A DNA stretch of 64,000 nt. It comes from Phallusia mammillata. Taxonomy: Eukaryota. The notes below the pieces were generated by a model. The model saw only the letters and a list, made by a program, of their open reading frames with translations. It searched no databases and was not told the DNA's origin. The stretch covers positions 1,240,001-1,304,000 of the forward strand of contig OZ281494.1 in the NCBI GenBank assembly GCA_965637545.1, in the 5' to 3' direction. The stretch's first letter is position 1, and every line of letters begins with the position of its first letter. Below, piece by piece: positions 1-12,100 of the stretch. A program made the translations under genes and the position numbers.

Positions 1-81
1 AAACTAACAAACAGATTACAGATCAGTTCATCTCGTGGAAACGTAATCAGCCATTAGCTTCTTGATTTGTTTGTTCAAAAG

Positions 82-3000
82 ACGATCATGCTCGAGTAGT
101 TTTGCAAGGAAGCGGTGGAAACGATTACATCAACGCCGCTTATATACCGGGTTACGATAACGAGAGGAAGTTCATCGCCACTCAGGGTCCGAAGGAGGAG
201 ACAATCAACGATTTCTGGTTGATGGTTTGGCAGGAAAACTCCAACATCATCGTAATGCTCACTGGCTTGAGGGAAAACGGAAAGGTTGGTTATTGCTTTC
301 CCTTTTCACTAATAAACATTTATGAAAATAAACCTTCATTCGCCAGGGCACTGTGGTTAAATCAAGGAAGTGTTTAATGAGTAATCCACTGTGGTGTGAT
401 TAATGACTGGTTGTTATCAGCATAATGCGTAGCCATACTTGGGTTTCGAGTAAAACGTAACTTATAAGATGTCATGATTGGGTACTACAACGACCATATC
501 GTGCCACATGACATATGTTTAACTCATGAGTGCACAACCTGCGACCGAATAGACGATTTTGTGCCGCCATGAACATGTTTATTAAAATATATGCACTGGT
601 GGCTGTGACGTAAAAAAACTCCTTTGCTAAATATGTTGACTTTCAAACTGCTTTAAATAGATTTTGTAAGACTGTAAAGAATATTACCAGCCTAGTAACT
701 CTGTGCATCACACTTACACACGCCTATTGTGTGCAAACAATGCAAGTATACAGTCATCTCTTGCGTCACAATATAGATTATAACGTCATAAATATAGCTC
801 AGACTGCTCGTAAGACTGTTTAGCTTAATCTGTGGATCAAGTTTCAAATTATCCGGGTTTTTTGGACTCCATTAGATGGTTTATGTATGTCGGACAAACC
901 CTATTTTCACATAATCAATTTAAAAACAAAAACAAGCAGGTAGGCTAATTGACGGCCATTGGTGAAATAAGGATCTGCGATGCGGCCGTCTTAGCGAAAA
1001 GGTTGTGCACCCCTGGTTTAATCCATTTTACGGGAAAGCAAGCAAGCGTAAATTATTGTACAGTTTGCACTAATGTTGCGAACCTTGTTTTTCGACCAGT
1101 CAAAGTGCGAGCAATACTGGCCTGACGTTGAATCTCAAAGGGAATTGTCGCCAGTGCTTAAAGTTCGAACACAACGTGAAATAACCATCGGTGGCATTCT
1201 TCAACGACAGTTGGTTTTATTCACAAACAGGGTAAGTACAAAGAACAAAATATCAAATCTGTTCCGAACAGTCTGACAAGTTTTCAAAACCGCTTTGGTT
1301 CCTTGAACACAAAAGCTTGGAATACAACGAGGCTTGCCTGTTGATTAATTGAACTGAAATTGATCTTTCCATCAGGGTTTGGCGTAGAGAAAAAGGCAGG
1401 AAATGACTGCAAACAAGCTGCAGCAAATACAAAGCGTCTATCAATAGAATGTCTTTGAAATCCACTATCTCGAGATTGGATAACCTTTTAAGTTCTGACC
1501 AAAACCGCTTCATATAATTAAAATAACATGAACTGTTTGATGCTAGATATAATTTGATTCAAGTTCGATTGATTGCCCATAATCTTATCAACCCCTACAA
1601 AAAGGTTATTATAAGTTATGCGGGTATGTTTTACAGGAGCAACGAACGGTAACACAGCTGCAGTTTACAACTTGGCCCGATCATGGGATTCCAGTAACTA
1701 CATCCAACATGATCCACCTACGTAACATGGTCGATGATTTGCAAAACACGAATGCTCCAATCATTGTGCACTGCAGGTAAAGACTTAATCAACCCTATGT
1801 TATTTGATCACTCAAATGAAGCATATGTTTGTATGCAGTGCTGGAGTGGGACGCACAGGTACTTACATAGCAATGGACACTTTGTTTCATGAACTTGATG
1901 ACAAAGGAACAGTTGATGTGCCGCGAACCGTGTTAAGAATGAGAGAGAATCGAAAAGACATGATTCAAAATGTGGTAAGCTGATCATCACCCAATTGCAC
2001 TTGATACATTAATCATATAGCTTCAATAAACCTAACTTTAAACGGTATGCTTTACTTACATTAGACTTTAGTTGGCCTGATGTTATGAATCGGCTTGACT
2101 ATAGTTATGTTATCGCTGTGTATTTTTATCTCCAATACACAACTTGACACTGAAAGCAGTTACGTAAGTATGGGGCCTCATGGTAATTCTCGCCGTCAAT
2201 GAACGCTAACCATTTGCGCATGCACTGGTCTAGAGGCGTTGTAAACCTGAATATGAATCTTAAGCATTGCTAACATTTGTGTTTACTTGACCATAATTTG
2301 GACTAAATTTGATTACGATTGTTCTTCTGCCGTTCCATTACATCATTTTGGTTTAGCGAATGTGCTGGCAACAAATTCCAGTATCACCAAAATCAGTTTT
2401 CAATAGTATATTTTCTACAGAAACAATACATGTACGTCTACAAACTGCTTATGGAGCGTGAAAGTTTGGAGGAAACAGATAAAGATGTGACAGAACTCCA
2501 GTCGATGACTTCAAGTGAAATGTGACTAATTAGCTGCCAAATGTTTTATTTTGTTAGCTTGGATACAGGGTTGTTACCCTTTTAGTAGTTGTATTATCTT
2601 GTATCGTTTAAAAACGACTTGCACCCAAACAGTTTAGTAGTAAATTAGGTATTACGATATTTAAGCAGTTGATCAAACCGGTTGATAAGTAACAGTTTTA
2701 TTATTGAACCTTTGCTATTTATTAGCGAATGTGACATACGATTGCTTAGGCATATTGTACACATAATGTTTTAGTAGTAATTGATAAGATGAAACAGTAA
2801 AGGTTTCTGTTCTAGTAAGAAAATGCAAGACAAAGAATTCAACACGCTGTCATCGTGGAGATTTGGCGAAGAATGGCAGGAAAATCACCCACAGCTGAGA
2901 ACATGTAAATAATTCACTAAAAATATTTAATATTTTATCCTATCACACACAATATTTGTTTTTAGACAAGAACACATCAGTCAAAGTCAACAACAATAAG

Positions 3001-4868
3001 AATAAAAGCATACAGCAGTTAGATGCTTCATATATCCAGGTAATAACTTTCGAGATGTGATTTATTGGAGTCAGAATGCTTTAAATGCATTTAATTACCA
3101 TTCCACTAAAACCAATCAGGATCAATCGAATGCATTTTGGAGTGTGGTCAATCAAATGCAAAGGTTTCTCTTTACAGGAACATGGCTCTTCAGACTGCCT
3201 TGTCGCAGCAAGAAATCCTGGTCCAGGAGAAAAAGAAAACTTCTGGAAGATGATCGTTGAACGAGGAGTTTCACTTGTCGTTGATTTGGACAGCAGCATT
3301 CAAGTAAATTTGACAGTTTATATCTTTCTATAATAGGCCTTTACTATATATCATACATCTTTTTTAGATTCTAATCAATACAGCCATACAATATGAAGAC
3401 ATTTCGGTTTCTGTACGTGATGTGAATGAAAGCAACTTTCACAATCTGATAACTGTTAACGTTTGGTCAACAACCAACGCCTTTGTAAGTTAATAACTTC
3501 CGAACAGCAAAGATTGTAATACTTTTTTGTATGGAGAGTATTTTGGAAGGGTTATTACAGGTTGGCAAGGAGAGTTTGCATTATGTATAACAATATTAAT
3601 TATGGATACATGTGTACTGTAATGGCCTAAGTTTCAAACAAGAATTTCGATTCAATTCTTTACCGTTTGGCAGCAAAAAAATATCTTACACTTTTTCGTG
3701 GTGAATTATTCCTTATCTTGCAAGTAAAGAAATGACAAAGTCAAACCACACTAAAGCTTTCCTTGTTTTCAACAAAACTATAGTTGTTCTCACAAAGTTG
3801 AATAAAACCCTTGTTTTGTGTCAGGCTGCCCAGCAAGTGATACTTTTGCAAGTCAAGGGATGGAGTGACGTGGAACAACCCCCGAAAGAAATGGATCTCA
3901 TCAAAATTATCGAGGAAATGCAACGACTAAAGACCAAACTGAATTGCAAGTGTGTGTTGGTAGGATGCAGGTAATGTTTTACTTGGATACCACGTCTAAA
4001 TATTTGTTTTTGGAAACGCACAACAACTAATTAGAGGCGAAATGCCGAGTTATGCCGGTCTCATACGGACGTTTATATGAAAAGGCGAGTGGAAGAAAAG
4101 TCCAAACTCAATAAATTTGGGATTTAAAACCGCGACAGCAGCTAATTAGGAGCTTACGCTTTACTGTTGTCAACAGTAATTGTTTTTCGGGCAAATTTTT
4201 AAACGAAATTAAACTCAAATCTGAGCTGAGAAACCAAGTCCTGTTGAACTACCCTAATTTAGTTTGATTTCAAACAATATCAACATGTTTTGACATATAA
4301 CTACGAGTTCCTACACATTTAAAACCCATTTAAACTACTGGGTGCGAACCTTTAACTTAATATCATCTGGGGGAAAACAAATGCCTAAAGCCGTTTTTCT
4401 GGTCTGAACGCAAAATACCTGATTCCATAATATTGATGTGTTTACAGCAATGGATCAACCAGAACTGGGACCTTCATCGCTCTGGTCAGCATTCTCGAAC
4501 GTTTGAAGGTCCAAAAGCGGGTGGATGCATTCCGAACTGTGAAAGACCTGAGAGATATGAGACCGAATATGGTCGACAACAAGGTAACGTTTTTCAAATC
4601 CTGTTTGTGGTTCCGCAATAGTTTTAATCATTACAAAAAAAAAGTATTAAAGGAGTAATTATCAAATTGGGCGTAAGTGACCTGATGGGGAGTTACACTA
4701 ATAACAAGAGAACTGGTGAATACTTAGCGATTGGGGGCTGAAAAGCACTGTCCAGATAGTGAGTCTTCAAATAATGTCTTTATGTTGTTACAGGAACTCT
4801 ACAGATACTGCTACTCGGTCGTCATGCAATATCTTTCCGATTTCGACACTTATTCTAACTTCAAGTGA
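82..4868 (+). CDS. PTP-1: receptor-type tyrosine phosphatase, D1+D2 portion (5' part upstream of window); RPTPalpha/epsilon-like
   Basis: GT-AG exons ~82-284, 1100-1231, 1637-1776, 1839-1974, 2421-2521, 2816-2904, 2966-3040, 3178-3303, 3368-3484, 3825-3970, 4448-4583, 4794-4868. D1 motifs DYINA, IATQGP, DFWx[27 protein letters not shown]2 has WSD and [10 protein letters not shown]. Ends [10 protein letters not shown]. Confidence 0.93.
525..1015. mobile_element. hAT-type MITE in PTP-1 intron
   Basis: TIRs catgagtgcacaacct / aggttgtgcacccctg; degenerate 8-bp TSD gtttaact/gtttaatc. The paralogous PTP-3 intron (~25413-25420) is an empty site with a single gtttaacc. Confidence 0.8.
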
Positions 4869-6127
4869 CTTATACGCATTTATTGTCCACTGTAAACTAT
4901 TTTGAAAAATACTTTTTGTCGTCACAGTACGCCAGGGCTATTGAAGGCGCTATACCGAATCGTAGGACATATGTGTGTTTCGTTTATCGTTGGTTGTCAA
5001 ATAACTTCTAGCTTCTTTTAAAAACAACCATTAGAGACTGCTTTTAGTTCAAGAGCAATCACATTTTTGCGTAATTACGATTCAGAACCTTTTTTTATTT
5101 TCCTGTATTAACGTTCTTTGCTCTTTTCTGTGATTTCTGCTGGATGTGTTTGTATTTTATGCTTCGTTGCATTTTGTCGATCTACGATTTCACTCGTGGT
5201 TAAATTTTTTGGGTACTTATATCGAAATGCTTTAAGGAACAATTTTGAATTCCATGAGAGTAAAGGTATCAGTGCGTAGAAGAAAATTGGAATTCAGAAT
5301 CTACTATCCCATTATTGTACAAAACTTTTGTGTCTTTCTTGATATTCGCATGCCACAGATCGTGTCGTAAACGTAGGACTAATGCAGTTGAACATATTAA
5401 CGTAATCGTTATGACACGTAACCTTTTTTAAAGACTTGGCTTAAGCACGTCACCAAATATATAAGCACAAAACCGATTCTAAAATAGATAACTTATTCAA
5501 TTGGGGTGGACCAAACAACAAAAAGGCGCGTTTCTTTGCAATGCAGCTTATTTTGTTTATTTTCCACGTAACCAGTTTCGGGGATTTATTTTGAAAAGTT
5601 TCGTTGTACCCAAAATGCTTATTTTCGTCATGTGCTTATGAAGATATTCTGATATTAAAATGACTGTTAACAATACAAAATGATGACAATGTATTGAGAG
5701 GTTTGGTTTGGTGTTTATATACCTCATTATAAAATAAATAATAATATGCAAGTCAGCACTGATCAGGGTCGTCATTAAACTATTGAAACAGTTTTGCGGA
5801 AGTTTTTCAGTGTTTTTGAAGTGAATGAAATGGGTCAGGAGACAGTTAGTTGTAAGATTTTTAAGCAAAGAAACGCATTGAAAACTTTTTTTGATTCGTA
5901 TCTGTGGTGAGCGGCTTTTCATGCGACATTTTCACTCAGATGTGCTTCACACAAACAAACGAATAAATTGAGCGCATACAACAAACAAACAAACAGACAG
6001 ATCAAGTAAGCACAAGTACGTATAAAAACAATAACCAAAGATGCTTCTTGTGCGAACTGACGTAATACAATTTGTTTAATGGATAAATTTTGTCCCGTTT
6101 GTTATGCTAGGTATTTTTGGGTGTATG

Positions 6128-9100
6128 TCACTTGAAGTTTGAATAAGTGTCGAAATCAGACAGATATTGCATGACAACAGAGTAGCAGTATTTGTAGAGT
6201 TCCTGTAAAAACATAAACATAATTTGAAGACGCAATCTTTATTTCTGAATCTTACGTAAAACATCACCTTGTTGTCGACCATATTCGGTCTCATATCTCT
6301 CAGGTCTTTCACAGTTCGGAATACATCCACCCGCTTTAGAGCCTTTAAACGTTCGAGAATGTTCACCAGAGCGATGAAGGTCCCAGTTCTTGTTGATCCA
6401 TTACTGCGATAAAGAACAAGTCGTGTTAGAAAATTTAGCGAAGGTGGGCTTCAGGTGTACACACGATTTGTGTTTAGGGTTATTGAAAATTATGGCTGAC
6501 ACGAATTAGTGCGATACAGACACAAGGTTTACCTGCAAGCAACCAACACACACTGGCAATTTTGTTTTGCCCTTATTAGTTGCATTTTCTCGATAATTTT
6601 GATAAAATCAATTTCTTTGGGCGGTCGTTCCACGTCACTCCATCCCTTGACTTGCACAAGCATCAATTGCTGGGCAGCCTATACACAAGTTAAGCTACGT
6701 TTTAATCAGCACTGTTTTTAGTGACTTTTTATACAGCCAAACGCCATCATACTCACTTTGTACGATGGCCTAAAAAGAAATGTGATTTGAAAGTTAACAG
6801 TTAAAGTAAAAGTTTAACTTACGAATGCCTTAGTTGCAGACCGGAGGTCGACGGTAATCAGATTGTACAGGTTGCTTTCATTTACATCGCATACGGAAAC
6901 CGAAATAGCTTCGTATTGTAAAGCTGCATTGGTCGGAATCTGATAACAGATGTATTGCATGAAGGCGTGGTTACTGAAAAAAGAAAATGGATTAAAATTG
7001 TCACACTTACTTGAATGCTGTTGTCCAAATCAACGACAAGTGAAGCACTTCTCTCCACGACCATCTTCCAAAAGTTTTCTTCTTCTCCTGGAGCAGGATT
7101 TCTTGCTGCGATGAAGAATTCTGAAGAGCCATGTTCCTGTATATTCAAAGAAATTGCGTTTTTAATAATGATCTGATTTTTCGGAAATAAGCCAAAATCG
7201 TTGTAAGAAGCTTTGATGTTATTTTATAAGTCACCTGAATGTAAGAAGCATCCAATTGCTGGATCATCTCACTTCTATTGTCCCAAACTTTTACCGAAGT
7301 GTTCTTGTCTAAAAACAATATGATTGTATTTAATTTGTATGCTAAACAACAAAAAGCGAAGCATAGTCCGTTAATTTACATATTCTCAGCTGTGGGTGAT
7401 TTTCCTGCCATTCCTCGCCAAATCTCCAAGATGACAATACATTAAATTCTTTCTCCTGAATTTTGTTGCTAAAAAACAATAAAACTTTTGCATTGGGAAA
7501 TCAACTGTCCGTTACAAAAAAGCAGATATCAGATGTACTATAAAATGCAGTCAGCACATTCGTACAAGTACTAAAGCCCAAAGGTTTCTTTGCATATTTT
7601 CTAGCTATTATGTCAAACTGATAGCCAACACTTGCTTATAGGTTGCTAATAGTATAATTGTTTACATTTCACTTGAAGTCATAGATTGAAGTTCAGTCAC
7701 ATCTTTGTCTGTTTTCTTCAAATTCTCACGCTCCATCAGAAGTTTGTAGACGTACTTGTATTGATTCTGTAAACGCGACCTTTATTTCAAAATTTTAATG
7801 AATTTGGATTTAAACTTACAGCATTTTGAATCATGTCTTTTCGGCACTCTCTCATTTTTAGAACAATTTGAGGCACATTAACTGTTCCTCTCTCGTCAAG
7901 TTCATGAAACAGTGTATCCATCGCTATATAAGTACCAGTGCGTCCCACTCCAGCACTACATACAAACATATGCTTCATCTGATTGATCACAATAACACAG
8001 GGTTTGTCAAGTCTTTACCTGCAGTGCACAATGATTGGAGCATTTGTGCTTTGCAAATCATCGACCATGTTACGTAGGTGGATCATGTTGGTTGTAGTTA
8101 ATGGAATCCCATGATCGGGCCAAGTTGTAAACTGCAACTGTGTTATGGTTCGTTTCTCCTGTGTATGTACAATCAACTGCATAACGCTTATCAGGCCACA
8201 TACTAGTGTATCTACAATCAACTGTATCAGGCTCATCAGGCCATATACAAGCAACCAATGCTTAGAATCATAATATCGCCGCAATGGAAACAAACTCAAA
8301 ACCAAACTACATGATACAAACGAGATACTTACAGTGGTCGTAGATATAACAAACTGTCGTTGGACGATTCCACCTATGGTAATTTCTAACTGCGTTCGAA
8401 CTTTCAGATATGAGGACAAGTTGATTTCGGTTTCAACATTAGGCCAGTATTGTTCACATTTAGCCTGCAGGAAAATAAGGATGAATAACGTTAAACGCAA
8501 CTGGACTAGTGACTCATATAATTTACAAGCAAACAAAATACAAGTTTTACAATGCAGGTTCACTGAGCCAAATGATATCAACGTATTACATAATATTCAA
8601 GATCAAACCTAAGCATTTGCAGTAAATTTCACACCACCATGCTGTTAATTACCAAAACTTACCTTTCCGTTTTCCACCAAACCAGTGAGCATTACGATGA
8701 TGTTGGAGTTTTCTTGCCAAACCACCAACCAGAAATCGTTGATTGTCTCCATCTTCGGACCCTGAGTGGCGATAAACTTCCTCTCGTTATCGTAACCCGG
8801 TATATAAGCGGCGTTGATGTAATCGTTTCCACCACTTCCTTGCAAAACCACTCGAGCATGATCGTCTGTTGAACAAACACAAGTAATTAATGCAGAAAGC
8901 CAATTACACGTACAACTGTTTGCATAATTAAATCACCAATTGCAAAAACATTCTTATCACAATGTGCTCTTTATGCACAAGCTCTTCGTCTGTATTGTTT
9001 TTAAGGCAGTGCTAATGAAAGCATTTATCAGTTTTATGAAAACAGGACTTTGTTTGACTACTCCTCTCTATAAGTGTCAAGCAAACAGCATCAGTTTGTC

Positions 9101-12100
9101 TTTTGTAATAAAGTTTATTTGTATTCTTGGTTTACTGCGAGCTTGCAAAAGACAAACATTGCAACATTGTTTCTGCCATACACATTCTAACTACTTTACA
9201 TTTTGTGTCTCAATACTTACAAGGGAAAATGTTCTTGTAGCGGTTTTTCACAGCATTTTGCGGCAACTGTGACACGTCCCTTGTTCTCTGGTTGTTTTTG
9301 CTTTTGTTTTGAATTTCCTGAAATTGATTTGCTTAAAAGTAAAATAGTGCAGAAAAGAAGTGACTGCTTGCACATGTCTGCTTAACTAATGGCATTGCTA
9401 CATAGACTATATGAAACAACTACTTACTGATATGTAACAATGCAGTTGTAATAAGGAGGTTAAAAACGCTGAAGTTTAATAATATTGTAGATGCGATGCT
9501 TATATTCATGAGAAATATAAAATATTTCGCAACCCAGACCCAAATTTGGGTCACGACTCACTATTTGCGGACCCCTGGGTTAGGCTGTGCTTGCAGCATG
9601 TGTGAATTTGAATTATCAATAGTAACTAACTCAATTCATGTATGTGATTAGAATGTAAGTTCCAAAGTCCATTCTAGTTGTTTTTTTGTTGGTGAATTGA
9701 TGATTTTTCAAGTTGTTAAATTATGATTTTTGTGCGCATTAGGATTTTCTTGAAGTGTAATTAGAGATAACGGTTACCAAACCGAAACTACGTCGGAATT
9801 GCATAGGGAAGACATTCCAGTGTGCTGATTAGGAGTTACAACCCAAATGCCAGACCTCGAATTCGCTGGCCAATAGAAATCCGGACTCAGCATTTTTCTT
9901 GAACAGCTCGAACAAGTTTTTGTTTGATCTGCCTTTATGCGCTACGTTTTGATACACACCGTCTGCAACTGAAAGAAAGTTTTTGAATAGACTGATTATA
10001 AATATTTTTAAGTACGCTACAAATAGCTTATTATCTTTACCAACCAAGTAAAACGAGAATACGTGTTGACAAAAATCCGTTTTCGATAATAAGAGAATAA
10101 GTTTTCCGTAAAAGCAAACTAAGTACCAAAAATGTTTCCGCTTTGATCTCCTGTCTAAATTTATACGTACTTACACTGAGTTACACGTTTTGGACTTGTC
10201 AGTTATGTATACTAGTTTCTACGGCCAATGCAAGTTTAATATTGTTCGCTTACAACTTTTCGGAACTTCAAACAAGGTGTGAAAATAAAAAGTTTTAGTT
10301 GCTAGAATGAGAATTTGCCCAGACATATCAGTCATTTAGTTTAATTTAGGTGGGCCAATTAAGTTTATTTTGAGCTATATTCTATCTGAAAAAAAGTCCG
10401 AACTTAAATTTAAGTTTTTTAAATAAGCTTATTGTATTTTGTGCCCTATTTTCAAGCTCTTCGTTAAACATTAGCAATCTTAAATGCAGGCGCAAGTCGC
10501 GTTTAACAAAGGCACCTTGATGTGATTCAACAGTTTGACGATTTGAAACTTCTTCCTGTGAAGGTTGATCTTTGCTGTATCTGTAAATACGTAAAACATA
10601 ACTTCGGGTTAAAGTTTGAATGTATATTAAGATAGATAAGTTAGATTCCAGATAACGTTAGATTATTTTCAATGTAAGCCTCACAACTCGCACTGTTAAA
10701 AATAATTTCGGTTTGAGGCAAACAGAATTAAATTTAGAAATACAATTCAGTCACGTCTGGATTTTAGTTTACAGTTTCTCGGAACTTCTACAATAAGCTA
10801 CAATATAAATCGAAGTTTGAAATCAAACCTGTGTCTTCGACGCACAAACATGACCACCGGCACAACAATAACAAGTACCAAAAGCAACAGCCCGATCACC
10901 AGACCAGCAATCATTGCAACACTTTTTGAATAATCTGCCGTGTTATCTCCAGGAAAACAGCTTGGTGGGGGATCACCCGGAGTTATTACTGTCAGATTGG
11001 ATGTGATGTTTGTGTTGATTGAACCAGTGACAATCACTGTGACCTGCGATATATTAAAAATATATGTTTCGTGTCTTGGTTGCTTGATGTTATGTTCTTA
11101 TGTTTGGTAAAACAGAGAGTGTATTTTGAAAACGCTCAAACGAAAGAGGTTCATTACCTGAATTTTATACCAAGAAGAATGAATGAGATCTTCTATTATT
11201 GTCGAATTGTCAGAATAATAAACAGAGATTGTTTGTTGTGAACCATGGGCTTGAACCACAACCTGCATGTGATTGAGATTTGATATCGATTCAACAAAAA
11301 ACAAACTTTGTTTCAAACCTGTGCCATCAGATCGTTGTTGATGATGAATTGATCAAGTCCAGTCCATCTGACAAGCACAGTTGAAGTGTTGCATGGACAT
11401 GTCTCTGCAGTCGCGTTTACTAAGAAAGTCGTAGATTAGTTGAGACACATGAAGTTTACCAAACATATGACGTTCGCTTACGTGGTGGATAGCAACTCGA
11501 TGGGGGATTTCCATACGTTGTTGCTGGTTTGGACGTTGAGACGGTGGCGTTTATGCGTCCCATAAGCATTGTGGTGATATGTGAATGTTAAGTTCGTTAA
11601 AGTTGTTATTTATAAAGAGCTCCAGTACAAAATTAATAAAGTTGAGATGAAGCAAACCGTTTTTGGCATGTTTTATTTAGGTTTTCATCATTCGGTAATT
11701 AAAATGTTTGATTAGTGCATAAATTCAGTTCAAATGTTAATTACAACGGATTGTCTGTCGTTTATTGTAGTTAATTCGATTTGATTTGTTCAGCGATTAT
11801 TTTACACTACTTACAGTGATGCTATACTTTGTTTCGAAGCTTAGGTTTCCGATGGTTGTGTTTTGATCTACATACGGTGCTAAGATTCTCTTGTTTATTT
11901 CCGGAACATAAATTTCAACCTGAATACAACATTTGTAAAAATACGATTACACACACACAAACATGTTAAAAAAACCTAATGTGATGAATCAATACCTTTG
12001 CACTGAGATTATTGTTCTTGATGAACTGATCAAGTCCAGTCCAACTGACGACCACAGTTGAAGCATTGCATTTGGATTTCTTTACACCAGCCCTGACTAA

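Noticed and set aside
8015-8581. 188-aa ORF reading through a stop-free 174-nt PTP-2 intron containing a ~45-bp tandem duplication
   Set aside because: Canonical splice sites match the PTP-1/PTP-3 exon boundaries, and retention would disrupt D1; the open frame is probably chance.
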